64,000 nt of DNA from Felis catus (GCF_018350175.1 NC_058368.1:92568001-92632000); one strand, 5' to 3'. Counted from the first letter of the stretch, positions 38,177-50,825 are shown. Numbers and translations: made by a program. Notes: generated by a model not told the origin, from the letters alone.

Positions 38177-40184
38177 TGAAAACATATTATTTTTATATTA
38201 AGCCAAGTGTAGATATATTATGGAATATAATGGAGAATGGATTTAAAGGTCAATCTAGAAATTAAAAAAAAAATCTTGCTTCAGAAAGTTGCCTCAGGCT
38301 CTGTCCCAGACCAACCCATGGGATGGTCACTGAGGAGAGGTGTGTACCTTCCTCTTTGCCATTGGAGTCACTTTGGTAGAAAAGTTATAGAAGCGCAGTA
38401 CTCATGTAATTATCTCAAGTTTATCTTTTTCTATTTATGCAGACTTTCAGAACGTCACATAAGTTTTGAAATGGAAGGAAATGTAGATGTTAACTAACTT
38501 TTAATTAACCAGTTTATTAGGAGTATAAAAGACTTACCAGTACAAAAACCGAACTGGCAGAGGCAGACCCAGATATCCAGATTTCCAGTCTTGTCCTATT
38601 AAATATATAATTGCTAAACATGATAATAAACAGAGGTATACATACTATTAGGTAGTGCTACTGTCTCGTTGATTTGATGGTTCTACTTGTTAATTATAGA
38701 ATGGCAGACTGAAAACGTATGTCTCAAAGAAATTCCAACGTGGATCATATGACAAATCATTTTTGTTGATGTGTAAGATAAATGACTTCAATAAGACTCA
38801 AATGGAAGTCTCTTGTTCCTCAAAAGAACAACGTCTTTGATTTTATAAGTTGGCACCTTTGGATAGTTTCAACCATGAATCTGCAGTCATCTGAGGCACA
38901 GTAGTTTCCAGACAGAGAGAATGAGAAAGCAAGAGAGCAAGCAAGCAAGTATTAGAACTAGAAGCTGACTTTTCAAATGTAACTTGTAATATTGTGCCCA
39001 CCTTTGACAATATAATGAAAATGGCATATTTATAGATCAAACCTCATGCTTCTGATATAATGAGTCACACATTTGTTTTTCTGCTTTATTTATAGTCTCT
39101 TGCAACCTATTCTTGTTGTGGAGTCAGTGGTTGGATTAAGTGTGCATACCTACAGTTGAATAGTACTTGGTAAAATTTTGAACAATATGATATTACAACA
39201 GAAAGAATTGGATAGATTAATTGTGGTTACAGAAGCCAGAGTCTGACTCGTAGAGGCAGTTAACAGATCTCAGAGGCGCAGCTGTGAGCTGTACTTGAAG
39301 AGTTGATTTCTTGGCAAATCTCCAATGGCGAATTGTTTTCTTCCCCTAAATTCCTTTAGTTATTTATATCAACTGCTATGATGGATCATAATTACTTTGT
39401 CTTGAAAGAAAATGATTAATAACTACTGCCAAAAATACCTGATGCGTAAAGACTGTTTCACATCATGTGCAATGTTGAAACTTCTATATCCTTCATAAAA
39501 GACTCTCTGTTATGAAGCATGTTGCTATAATAATTACGCTTGAAGAATATTCATTGTTGCTTGCTTTTTTAAAAAAAATTTTTATAAAGTCAATAATGTC
39601 ACTCAGTTGGGTAGGAGCTCCAGGAACTTACTGGATCCAAACATATGAGTTGCCTTTTGTAGATCAAGGTGGTTTGAATATTAGTAATTTCATATGATTG
39701 AATCCCAACTTTTTGATTGTCTTACTTGTCATATTTGTGTACTTTAAGGAACCTTATATTCGACATATACAAGAACAAAGTCATGATCTTCCCTTGCAAA
39801 GCTGGTGTCCCTGCCTTAGGAGATGTTACCACTGTCAATTCAGCTCAGTAAGCTGGAAACCTGTACCCCATCTTTTGTACCCGATACTGTGAAATTTTGC
39901 TCCTGTCTATGCCTACCACTGCTTTTATGCCCAACCCTGTCGCTAATTGTCATTTCCCCAGATTGCGGTATGCCATATTTCTTGCCATCATTAATCTTAT
40001 GTGTGTACTGCACTGCCTACTTAAAATACTCTCTGCACACGTCCGTTACTCCCCTCCTTTACCACATGGATTTTTATTCACGTTTTAGAGTGCTTCGGCC
40101 TTAATACCTTGGGAATGTCTTTATGTTTTCACTAACGTATGTCAAATTTTAATATTTATCCTGGAACTTTCCAGTATTTACCTC

Positions 40185-40928
40185 AGTTTTTTTTTTTTTA
40201 GGTATTTGGTGGAATTCTTCACATACAGTAAAATTCACCCTTTTCATGTGGATAGTTCAATGAGTTTTGTCAAATGTATAACCACCACTACCATCAAGAT
40301 CTATAATATTTTCTTCAGCCCCAAAAGTGACTTATCATACCTTTTGCAAATCAGTCCTCTCTCCCCATCTTTCAGCCTTTGATAACCATTGGTGTGATTT
40401 TCTTCCCTATGGTTTTGCTTTTTCCAGAATGTCAGCTAGATGAAATACGTAGTATATAGCTTTTATTGTCCAGCTTCTTTGACTTGGTGTGTTGGTTTTG
40501 AGATTCTTTGATATTTTTGCTTGTATCAGTAGTTCATTCCTTTACTTCTGAGTAATATTCCATTGTATGATTATACTACGACTTGTTTATCCATTCAGTC
40601 TCTTCATTTGTTGATAAATATTTGGGTTATTTCCAGTTTCTGGCTTTTAGAACAAAACTGCTGTGAACACTCACATCCCAGTCTTTATATAGACATATGT
40701 TTTCCTATAGCTTGAATAAATATGTAGCAGAGGAATGCTGAGTCACATGGTAAATGTAAATGTCCTTTCATGGGAAACTAGCCAACTGCTTTCCAAATGG
40801 TCTATGATATTATACTATTTCGCATTTCCATCGATAGTACCTGGAAGTTCTAGTTGCTCTGCACCCTCCCCAGTAGCTGGTACCAAAAATCTCTTAAAAT
40901 GTAACCATTTTAGCAGTGTAATTATACA

Positions 40929-40967
<39 letters not shown>

Positions 40968-42260
40968 TAGAGAGAGAGAGAGTATTTATTGTGAGAGACA
41001 GAGAGAGAGTGCACACAAGTGAATGCTCATGCACGAGCTGGGAAGGGGAGGAGAGAGAGAGAGAATCCCAAGTAGGCTTTGCTCTTCACTATCAGTGCAG
41101 TCTGACTCCAGGCTCGATCTCACAAACTGTGAGATCATGACCTGAGCCTAAATCAAGAGTCGGATGCTTAACTGACTGAGCCACCCAGGTGCCCCAGTAT
41201 AGTCATATTTTATTGTGGTTATTAATTTGTGTCTTTCTAATAAGTAATGATGTTGAGTGGCTTTTCATGTGTTAGATTTGTATACCTTTTTTGATAAAGT
41301 ATGTATTCAAATCTGTCCATTTTTTTTCTGAGTTGTCTTCTTATTAGTGCAAGAGCTTAAAGAGTATATTCTAGATACAAGTTTTTTTTTAATATATAAA
41401 TAAGATTTTTTTTTGTCTAATATTTTTACAATGTGTTGTACTTCCTGTCAGCAGTATATGAGAGTGATGATTTCTCCACATCCTCGTTAACACTTGGTGT
41501 AGCCACGCTTTTTAATTTTTGTCATTCGGATAAATGTGTGTTTCCAATAGACTTTTCTTTTTTTTAGAACAGTTTTGATTTACAGAAAAATTGAGAAGAG
41601 AATGCAAAAAGTTGCCATATACCTTGCTTCCAGTTTCCGCTATTATGAACTTCTTACATTAGTATGGTATATTTGTTACAACTAATGAATCAATATTGGT
41701 AAAGTCCATACTTCATTTAGATTTCCTTAGTTTTTCCCAAATTCTGTTCTAGGATGGTATGTATAATACCAAATCACAATAAGTTATTATGAATCCTTAG
41801 CATCCTTTTGGTTGTGAGATTTTTTTAAACTCTATTTTAAATTTGCGTTTTCCTAAGAACTACTGATGTTGAACATCTTTTCATGTGCTATTTGCCATCT
41901 GTATGTCTTCTTTGGTGAAGGGTCTGTTCCAATCTTTTGCTCATTTTTATTGTTTTTTTTATTGAATTTTGAGAGTTTTTTTTTTAATATCCTAGGTACA
42001 AATCTTTTATCAGATATATTCTTTGCAAAGCTTTTCCCCCAGTCTCTGGCTTGGGCTTGTCATTTCATTTCTTGAACAGTGTCTTTTGAAGGATAAAAAT
42101 TTGCAGTTTTGATGAGGTCCAATTTATTGGTGTTTTCTTTAAATGGCTCATGGTTTTTGTGTCTTTTCAAGAAACCTATGCCTAACCCAAGGTAAAAGCA
42201 ATTTTCTCTTTTGTTTCTTCTAAAAACTTTATCATTTTACTTTTTGTATTTAGGTCTTTG
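40185..42260 (-). mobile_element. Cluster of old L1M 3'/ORF2 fragments (nested)
   Basis: cacatacagtaaaattcacccttttca..., tgatgttgaacatcttttcatgtgct..., aacccaaggt...tttaggtct. Confidence 0.8.
40930..41195 (-). mobile_element. Can-SINE with (CA)n(GA)n-converted tail
   Basis: (CA)n at ~40930-40962; antisense SINE body and head. Confidence 0.9.
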
Positions 42261-42377
42261 GAAGCATACTAATGACAATCTACATAACAGTTTGAGTTTT
42301 ATATTTGATTTTGTGCAGTTGGACATTTATTTTCAGATCCGTTTTACATCTACACAATTGAAAGGTATATATTAACA

Positions 42378-42584
42378 AAATTTTTTTAACATTTATTCAT
42401 TTTTGAGAGACAGAGAGAGACAGAGTACAAGCAGGGGTGGGGCAGAAAGAGAGAAAGACACAGGATCGGCAGCGGGCTCTGAGCTGTCAGCACAAAGCCC
42501 GACGCAGGGCTCGAACTCAAGTACTGTGAGCTCATGACTTAAGCTGAAGTTGGACGCCTCACCAACTGAGCCACCCAGGTGCCA
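42378..42584 (-). mobile_element. Can-SINE
   Basis: Perfect TSD gaaaggtatatatt. Confidence 0.95.
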
Positions 42585-42787
42585 GGAAAGGTATATATTT
42601 TAAATATCAGTGACTTGGTATTTTTTCTTTTACCTTCCTCAGTTCATGGATTGCCTATGACATGGAAAGTTCTTTCCAGGCCAACATTTTTGGAATATAT
42701 AAATAGTATGTGTCAATCACAGTTCCTTTGTTGAAAACAACAGAAACTAACGCTGCTTCTTTTTTTTTTTCCCCCTGTCAGGTAACA

Positions 42788-43105
42788 GTTTATTTTTTTT
42801 ATTTTTTATTTTTTATTTTTTCAAGTTTTTATTTAAACTTCTGTTACCATACAGTGTAATATTGGTTTCAGGTATAGAACTTAGTGATTCATCACTTACA
42901 CACAACACTCAGTGTTCATCACAAGTGCCCTCCTTAATACCCATCACCCATTTAATCCATCCCCCTTGCCAACCTCCCCTCCAGTAACCCTCAGTCTGTT
43001 CTCTATAATTAAGAATTTGTTCCTGGCTGACCCCCCTTTTGTTCCCTGCTTTTTTTCATCTGCTTTTTTTCTTAAATTCCACACGTGAGTGAAATCATAT
43101 GGCCT
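42788..43105 (-). mobile_element. Carnivore L1 3'UTR fragment
   Basis: ggtttcaggtatagaacttagtgattcatcac...aaattccacacgtgagtgaaatcatatgg. Confidence 0.88.
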
Positions 43106-43609
43106 TTGTACATATAGTATTAGCATATTATGAAACCAGTTTCTATAGCCCCAAACTGTCATTATAGAAGACAATGAGAAAATACAGAGAAGAATAATAT
43201 TCAGAGGCTGTAGTATTTGTTTAATATGATGCTACACACATAGAATGTGTATAACATGTAGGGTGGCACGCACTTAAGAATTTTAAAACCACAAGAATTA
43301 CTGAGGGAAATTGACTGTTGAGTATCATTTTCAAGTTAGTAAGATAAAAATCTTCATGAATCTCTTGAACGTTAAAATTTTCTCTAGACACTGTCAGTTG
43401 AGATTAGAAATACTAGCATTTCTGTCAACAGATATTGTTAAACATACAGCTTATAAACCTGGAAGTGTTGTCAATAAAACAATATGAACAAATGAAAAAA
43501 ATGTAAAAATTATTTTGGATCTTAGATTTTAATCCCAAATTTTCAAGCATTTTAAATTTCACAAAAATGAAGAATGATATTTTATAAAACTACAAATTTA
43601 TCTTACAGT

Positions 43610-43797
43610 TTTTTAATTTTTTTTAAATTTATTTTAGAGAGAGAGAGAGCATGAGCAGAGAGAGAGGGGGACAGAGGATCCAAAGTGGGCTCTCTTCTGA
43701 CAGCAGTGAGCCTGATGTGGGGCTCAACCTCATGAACTATGAGATCATTACCTGAGCCTAAGTCAGACATTCAACCAAAAAAGCCACCCAGGTGCCC
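43610..43797 (-). mobile_element. Can-SINE
   Basis: TSD ttatctta. Confidence 0.93.
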
Positions 43798-43834
43798 TTA
43801 TCTTATGTTTATATAAGGGTTTAGATAAGTTATA

Positions 43835-43838
<4 letters not shown>

Positions 43839-43871
<33 letters not shown>
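43839..43871. repeat. (TG)n microsatellite
   Basis: Perfect run. Confidence 0.98.
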
Positions 43872-43872
<1 letters not shown>

Positions 43873-44127
43873 TTATATGGCTTCCTGGAAGACTGTGTAA
43901 CTTCAAGTTCCAGGTGGAGAATTATTTTCCCTTCTCCTAATTTTGGTCCTCCAGATCACAGTCCTACCTGTCTACACACTTTCAAAAATATCCTCACATC
44001 CATCACTTATATCCTGTAATTACTGATAAACCAAGTACCAATTGAGATTTAGATTCCCTATCATTTTGTTCTACTAACTTGTCATAAAATTCTCTTTTCC
44101 CCTTATTCTAAAGTTTCACCTTACAGA

Positions 44128-45537
44128 TTTTTTTTTTTAATTTATTGTCAAATTGGTTTCCATACAACACCCAGTGCTCATCCCAAAAGGTGCCCTCCTC
44201 AATACCCATCACCCACCCTCTCCCTCCCACCCCCCATCAACCTTCAGTTTGTTCTCAGTTTTTAAGAGTCTCTTATGCTTTGGCTCTCTCCCACTCTAAC
44301 CTCTTTTTTTTCCCCTTCCCCTCCCCCATGGGTTTCTGTTAAGTTTCTCAGGATCCACATAAGAGTGAAACCATATGGTATCTGTCTTTCTCTGTATGGC
44401 TTATTTCACTTAGCATCACACTCTCCAGTTCCATCCACGTTGCTACAAATGGCCATATTTCATTCTTTCTCATTGCCACGTAGAACTCCATTGTGTATAT
44501 AAGCCACAATTTCTTTATCCATTCATCAGTTGATGGACATTTAAGCTCTTTCCACAATTTGGCTATTGTTGAGAGTGCTGCTATAAACAGTGGGGTACAA
44601 GTGCCCCTATGCATCAGTATTCCTGTATCCCTTGGGTAAATTCCTAGCAGTGCTACTGCTGGGTCATAGGGTAGGTCTATTTTTAATTTCTTGAGGAACC
44701 TCCACACTGTTTTCCAGAGTGGCTGCACCAGTTTGCATTCCCACCAACAGTGCAAGAGGGTTCCTGTTTCTCCACATCCTCTCCAGCATCTATAGTCTCC
44801 TGATTGGTTCATTTTGGCCACTCTGGCTGGCATGAGGTGATATCTGAGTGTGGTTTTGATTTGTATTTCCTTGATGAGGAGTGACATTGAGCATCTTTTC
44901 ATGTGTCTGTTGGCCATCTGGATGTCTTCTTTAGAGAAGTGTCTATTCATGTTTTCTGCCCATTTCTTCACTGGATTATTTGTTTTTTGGGTGTGGAGTT
45001 TGGTGAGCTCTTTATAGATTTTGGATACTAGCCCTTTGTCCGATATGTCATTTGCAAATATCTTTTCCCATTCCATCGGTTGCCTTTTAGTTTTGTTGAT
45101 TGTTTCCTTTGCTGTGCAGAAGCTTCTTATCTTCATGAGGTCCCAGTAGTTCATTTTTGTTTTTAATTCCCTTGCCTTTGGGGATGTGTTAAGTAATAAA
45201 TTGCTACAACTGAGGTCAGAGAGATCTTTTCCTACTTTCTCCTCTAGGGTTTTGATGGTTTCCTGTCTCATATTCAGGTCCTTTATCCATTTTGAGTTTA
45301 TTTTTGTGAATGGTGTGAGAAAGTGATCTAGTTTCAATCTTCTGCATGTTGCTGTCCAGTTCTCCCAGCACCATTTGTTAAAGAGACTGTCTTTTTTCCA
45401 TTGGATGTTCTTTCCTCTTTGTCAAAGATTAGTTGGCCATATGTTTGTGGGTCTAGTTCTGGGGTTTCTATTCTATTCCATTGGTCTATGTGTCTGTTTT
45501 TGTGCCAATACCATGCTGTCTTGATGATTACAGCTTT
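44128..45537 (-). mobile_element. Young felid L1 (L1_Fc-like), 5'-truncated: ORF2 C-terminus, 3'UTR and poly(A)
   Basis: Uninterrupted 329-aa ORF at 44348-45337 with the L1 ORF2 CCHC motif ([18 protein letters not shown]), ending [12 protein letters not shown]; poly-T at 44128; ttacag(a/c)tttt at both ends. Confidence 0.95.
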
Positions 45538-45779
45538 TGTCAGGTGACAATTTAACTCTGCTTCTTAAATCTAAGGCTAAGCAAATAATGTATTGGAAGA
45601 GTGTGAAGGAGTTGAAGCACTGGGCTTTACATAGAAGGAAACAATTAGCCCCAAAGGGTCTTGCAAATATGAACTACTCTATTGTCTTGCCCAGTCACTT
45701 CCAATGCAGTAAATCATCTGCAACCATCTTGCTGTCTGGAGTAGGGTAGGGGTGGAGGAATATTCTATTTATCCTCTCA

Positions 45780-46003
45780 AAATTAAAAATGGAGGCTAGG
45801 AAACGACCGGGAAATGACAACCATCACCTGGCTTAGCTTGGTCATGTGCCCACTCATTGGCTAAGGAAGGATGCCCTCATCAATGGTCCCATTAGACTTT
45901 ATTCAGCAGGGAGAAAGGCCCTTCCCTAAAAGGAATTTTGGATGCTAATGCTTAAAGGAAGGATGGATATTGGGAAGCCTCAAACAACAAATGTTCTCAC
46001 TAC
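45780..46003 (-). mobile_element. Old MLT1 LTR fragment
   Basis: cttggtcatgtgcccac...ggatattgggaagcctcaaacaacaaatgttctcactaca. Confidence 0.55.
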
Positions 46004-46204
46004 ATAACATGTTGCTTTGAAACTCTCCTTTTGGTTTGTGCAGTGTGTGTGCGTGTGCATGCACGTGTGTTCTGTCTTGTATACAGAAACCAAATGATTT
46101 GTATATAGGTATACCCGTTTAAATGAAAGCATCAGTCTGGTCCAAATGTATCACTGAAAAACCAACTGGAACTTCAGATTTAAGAGAGAAAATATATTCT
46201 AGAA

Positions 46205-46382
46205 AGAGAAAGAACTGGGAGCCAGGACAACTATATCCCAGTTCTTTCTCCGAATAGGATAGTAAGTAGGTATGGGATCTGGTCAAATCATTTAATCTAT
46301 TTGAGTCTCAGTTTCCTTAACTGTGGAATAAAATCATTAAACTACATTGTGTCTAAGTGCTTTCCTGCTCTAAATTCTGTAA
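46205..46382 (+). mobile_element. MIR3-like relic (host site of the HTR3 retrocopy)
   Basis: aaatcatttaatctatttgagtctcagtttcctt core; ctctaaattctgtaatt tail. Confidence 0.65.
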
Positions 46383-47370
46383 TTTTTTTTTTCTGGCAGA
46401 GTGATTTATTGGGACAAGTAAGGAAGCAGAGGAGGTGGGACTGCTATGCAGAAGACATAAAGGGGCTGTAGAACTACATGAGGGGAGTTCAGGAAGCCAA
46501 CAGAATGCAGATACAAGAGGAAAGTGTCTAGAGTTGGGTTGAGACTGCATTGAGGTTGGGCTGCATTGAGGTGCATGGAATGCAAGAGGGAACTGGTTAT
46601 CTTTGGGCTATGACAGTCAATACTCAACAAGGGGCAAAGACCTAGCTGGTCTCTGGAAGCCACAAGCAGCTCTGGGTTGGGGTCTGCAGGAGCAAATAGA
46701 CATCATGCCTAGGTAGGTGTTCCAGAGGATGATGTCTGTGACCACGGAGGTGGCCATGAAAAGCAGGTAGAGGCGGAAGAGCAAGGTGTCCATCATGTGG
46801 CTGAACTACACCCACAGACTGACCAAGTGTGGTTTCTGAATCTCATCTTTCTGCTGGGCCCTTGATGACCCAGGACACCCATTTAACTGCCTATCTGGGA
46901 CTTTGCATCTTCCCCACTAACTCCACAGGCTCCTTCACACCAAGCGGTGGGTGGGGGGGGGGGGAGGTGGGGTGCCCAAGGCTTTATTTCTCTTCTGGGG
47001 TGCAGTGGGGCAGCACTTTGTTGGGCAGGTGCAGTAAAAGGGCAGGGAATGGAGCCACCGAGGCATGGGTGGGGGCTGGGTGGTGGCCAGGTGCAGCAGG
47101 TAGGTGATAAAGGTGGTCTCCAGCAGGCTGATCACCATCAGGGATAGACATAGGGCAAAGTAGACACTGATGAGGGAGGTACCATTGGTGGGAAGTAAGT
47201 CATTCATCAAGAGCAGGAAGACATTGTAGCCCAGCAAAAGGGTTATCTTGAATGGGGCATGATTCCCAATTTCTGCTGGCAGCTAGAAGCTGAGGGCAAC
47301 CAGAAAGCCACTGGGTACCAGAAGTTTATGATATAGAGTGGGCCTCCACCTGATGGCCACATAGAACATA
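46383..47370 (-). pseudogene. HTR3C: 5'-truncated processed pseudogene (retrocopy) of an HTR3C/HTR3E-like 5-HT3 receptor subunit: end of extracellular domain, TM1-TM4, 3'UTR and poly(A)
   Basis: Minus-strand translation: [117 protein letters not shown]..(frameshift)[64 protein letters not shown]. This matches the HTR3C/E transmembrane region as I recall it. No introns. Stops at 47283-47285, 46891-46893 and 46806-46808. AATAAA at 46405-46410 (minus), poly(A) at 46383-46392. C versus E paralogue assignment is uncertain. Confidence 0.9.
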
Positions 47371-47459
47371 TAATTCTAAGGATATCAGATGTGCAAATGT
47401 TATCTGTCCTTGTGTTAAGAACAGTAGATAAGAAGATAATACATAGAGACGTACATAGG

Positions 47460-47637
47460 CACACTAGTTTGCTGGGAAAAATACAGGAAGCCCAGTTAAA
47501 TTTGAATTTGAGGTACCAACAAGTAATTGTAGACCTAGCACAAGCTATCACACATAATAAATATTATTTGTTACTTATCTCAAACTCAAATTTAACTGAG
47601 CGTTTTGTATTTTTACTTGCCAAATCTGGCTACCATA
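47460..47637. mobile_element. MER53-like palindromic hAT MITE
   Basis: Inverted arms aaaaatacaggaagcccagttaaatttgaatttgag / ctcaaactcaaatttaactgagcgttttgtattttt. Confidence 0.85.
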
Positions 47638-47725
47638 AGATAGAGAGACACACACAGGAAAATAATCAGTTTGTGGGAAGAACTGGAAGGAGGTACTTGG
47701 ACTAGAATTATTTATGCAATTCCTC

Positions 47726-47945
47726 CTTTAAAAAAAAGTTTATTTATTTATTTTGAGAGAGAGAGAGAGGCAGCACAAGTGGGGGAGGATCAGAGATGTG
47801 GGGAGAGAGAGAGAGAATCCCAAGCAAGCTCCACTCTGTCAATGCAGAGCCTGATGCAGGGCTTGAATCCACATACTGTGAGATCCTGACCTGAGCTGAA
47901 ATCAAGAGACAGACGCTTAACCGACTGAGCCACCCAGGTGCTCCT
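47726..47945 (-). mobile_element. Can-SINE
   Basis: Full antisense SINE. Confidence 0.93.
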
Positions 47946-49192
47946 ATGGAACACCTTCTTAATTGAACGTTTATAAGCTTCAGTATAGTTTTTACTTGAA
48001 CTCAAGGGGTTTTCTAAATGAAATAAAATCCTTTCTCTTTATTTTAAGACTATCTTGTTCTGCTCTCTTAAGAAATCATGATTTAAAAAAAAGAGAAGAA
48101 ATTGTGATTTTTTTAGTTCAAGCAAATCCTTCTCGTTGACCTTCATGAATGAATTTGCTGATTGTGCTATCCTATACAAGTGCATGTTAGGTCTTCACCT
48201 GGGGCATAGATGTATTTTTCTAAGCTGCTTTAGTGGGTTGCTGGCTGAATGAGTATTTTGCCTTGGTGAGAGATGAGGTTGACTCTATCAATAAAACAGA
48301 TTGGCTTTCTTAATCTCTTTTGTTTTCTGCTCTTGTACCTATTAACTGACATGATGATCTCAGAAGCTGCTTATCCTTCATCACCTTGGCTTTGATGGAT
48401 ATGTTACGTAATAAGTCCAGACCTTCAGCACTGAGTAATCACTTCCTGCTCATGAAGGTTCAGTAACTACATAACAGTGATTCTGTTGATATATGGGTCC
48501 TTTTTCTTTGTTGCTTACTACATGTACCAAAATGACAGAATATCTTTATTCTGTCTTTGTAATTTACCACTGTTTGTTTTAACTTTGACATATAATGCAT
48601 GGAAGCTAAATCTGAACATGGGCTATCCATTTGTAAGTCAGATTCTAGGTGCTTTGAGGGCATGTGTGCTTTTATGGACAAAATTCAACTCATCCTTGAC
48701 AAGAGTACATTCTCTTTTGGTATGGCTCTATGGTAAGTACAGATGGTAATCTCTCTTAACAGTCTATGGCTTTGCTGTCAGAAAAGTCAGAGCCACAGTA
48801 TAGAATGAGGAAACAATTGGCTTCTGACATAAAAGAAGGGAATACACATAAGAAAAGTTGTTTGATTGTATTGGAATTCAGTTGGAAGAGTACATGAACT
48901 TGGGGACAGTGATGTGGAGATTTTTGTGAATATTATAAAACAGAATTTGCTAGTGGTTTGGTAAACAAATCAAAGATTCCACAATTCCTTCCCTAAATTT
49001 GTTTCTGAAAATCATGGCTGGGAGAAAATGCTGAGCCATAGGTTCATATGTTTCCTAAACATATTAAGTAAAGTAGATTTCTTGCTTCTTTCAACTTGTC
49101 GATCCATGAAGTGCTTTTAGTATGTCTTCTCGAGAGTTCTAATGTTTTTTTCTGCTCATGCACTGAATACAGTGTATTTAAGGCTGTTTTTA

Positions 49193-49416
49193 TTTTTTTT
49201 CTTAATTTTTTTAACGTTTATTTGTTTTTGAGACAGAGAGAGACAGAGCATGAACAGGGGAGGGTCAGAGAGAGAGAGGGAGACACAGAATCTGAAACAG
49301 GCTCCAGGCTCTGAGCTGTCAGCACAGAGCCTGACACGGGGCTCGAACTCAGGGACCGCGGATCGTGACCTGATCCGAAGTCGGACGCTTAACGGACTGA
49401 GCCACCCAGGCGCCCC
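49193..49416 (-). mobile_element. Young SINEC_Fc
   Basis: CpG-rich; perfect TSD ttaaggctgttttta. Confidence 0.97.
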
Positions 49417-50349
49417 TTAAGGCTGTTTTTAAACTCTAACCCTGAAATTTAATAAGCCTTCAGTTTCTGCTCTTACCATCTTAGTTTATATATTATTTTT
49501 CTCCCATCTGTTTGTCTGGACATTCCATGTAGGACTAGAAGGAAGGGACACAAGAGCCTTATTTCTTACCCATCAGAAAGGTGTGTTGTTTCGTGTCCGA
49601 CATAATGATCTAAGGCTGTGGGTTTCCCTCCAAAGAATGTCATGCTCTAATAGAATTGTTTCTTGATGTTTCCCCTCTTTTACCCCACACTGTTCCTCAT
49701 CGGAACTTATTTATTCCCGTGAGCCCTATTCAATCCAAGCCTTGATAAGTAGCTGGTTAAAAGTTGGTTCTCAACTCAATCCGTTTCTTTCTGTCTCTGC
49801 AGTCCTCTCCCTTCTTCTGCCTGCTTTACCTCTCACTTGAGCTACTGAAGTAGGCCTCCAGCAGTCTTCCCATGGCCACCATCCCTCCTTCACACCCTCA
49901 CCCCGAAAGGCATACCCAATGACTATGTTGAACCCCCATGCGAACACTTCTTTTCTGTCTCTCCAACTGCAAATGCCTGATTTTTCAACACTTCTTTGAC
50001 TCATGGGTGAGGAACCCAGTGAGATAACAGAGTTGGTTCAAAGGATATGAGACACAGATGTGTCGTTGAAGATCAGTAGAAAAATAAAAGCAAAGAAAAC
50101 TGAAGTAAATGCTAAGCGAGATACAATATGGGTAAAACACCACAGAGAAATAAAACCATAGCCTTTGGGAATATTTGCTCACCCTGGCAAAAATCCATTT
50201 GTCAGTTCTCTCCAAATTTATCTCTCTGTTTACAGAATGTAAAATGCCTGGGGTTTAGTCAGTGGTAAGTGGAAAGTGAGTTACGATCCCTGAGAATTGG
50301 ATGATTTTTAGGCAAGCATGTTAGATAATGGACTAGTTGTACTGAAAAG

Positions 50350-50788
50350 CTGGCATAGTTATCTTCTGGCTTTATCTCCTTTACTATCAAGACTCCTCTC
50401 CTAATGTTTCCCTTTGGTCACCAGGGTCTCACTACACTCACCTCCTTTCCATATCTTTAGCTTTTGTATTCACTGTTCCCTGTGCCTGAAATATTGGATA
50501 GACTCATTCTTCAGACCAAACCTCTCAGAGGTCCTGTTTGCAATGTTCTAGGTAAATCTCTCTCCCTCACCTGACTCACTCCATAGGTCATCCTCCTGTT
50601 CCTTTTATTCCTCAGCCTGAATATATATTTGTCTGCATGTATATGTAGATGCAGGTTTCTCTTCACTAACATATAAGCTACATGAGGCCAGAGACCTCAT
50701 CTGTCTTGTTCATTACTATGTTTCTCTTGCCGGGAACAATGGCTACTCATGATAGATGCTTGATAATTATGTGTTAAATGAATGAATG
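50350..50788 (+). mobile_element. L2 3' region
   Basis: tataagctacatgaggccagagacctcatctgtcttgttcat...gttaaatgaatgaat. Confidence 0.8.
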
Positions 50789-50825
50789 TCTAAAGACTTG
50801 TCAGAATGTACATTCTTCAAAAAAG

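Noticed and set aside
44348..45337. 329-aa ORF as a host gene or active L1
   Set aside because: C-terminal L1 ORF2 only; the 5'-truncated element has no promoter, ORF1, endonuclease or RT.
46935..47237. 100-aa HTR3-like ORF as a functional CDS
   Set aside because: Flanked by in-frame stops and frameshifts, lacks the extracellular domain and a promoter; part of a processed pseudogene.
48351..48435. C/D-box snoRNA-like motifs (atgatga...ctga)
   Set aside because: No convincing terminal stem or recognisable rRNA/snRNA antisense element.
50236..50264. Possible 29-nt plus-strand exon (tctctctgtttacag|...|gtaagt)
   Set aside because: Not frame-preserving, no recognisable peptide and no supporting neighbouring exons; pseudo-exons like this are common.
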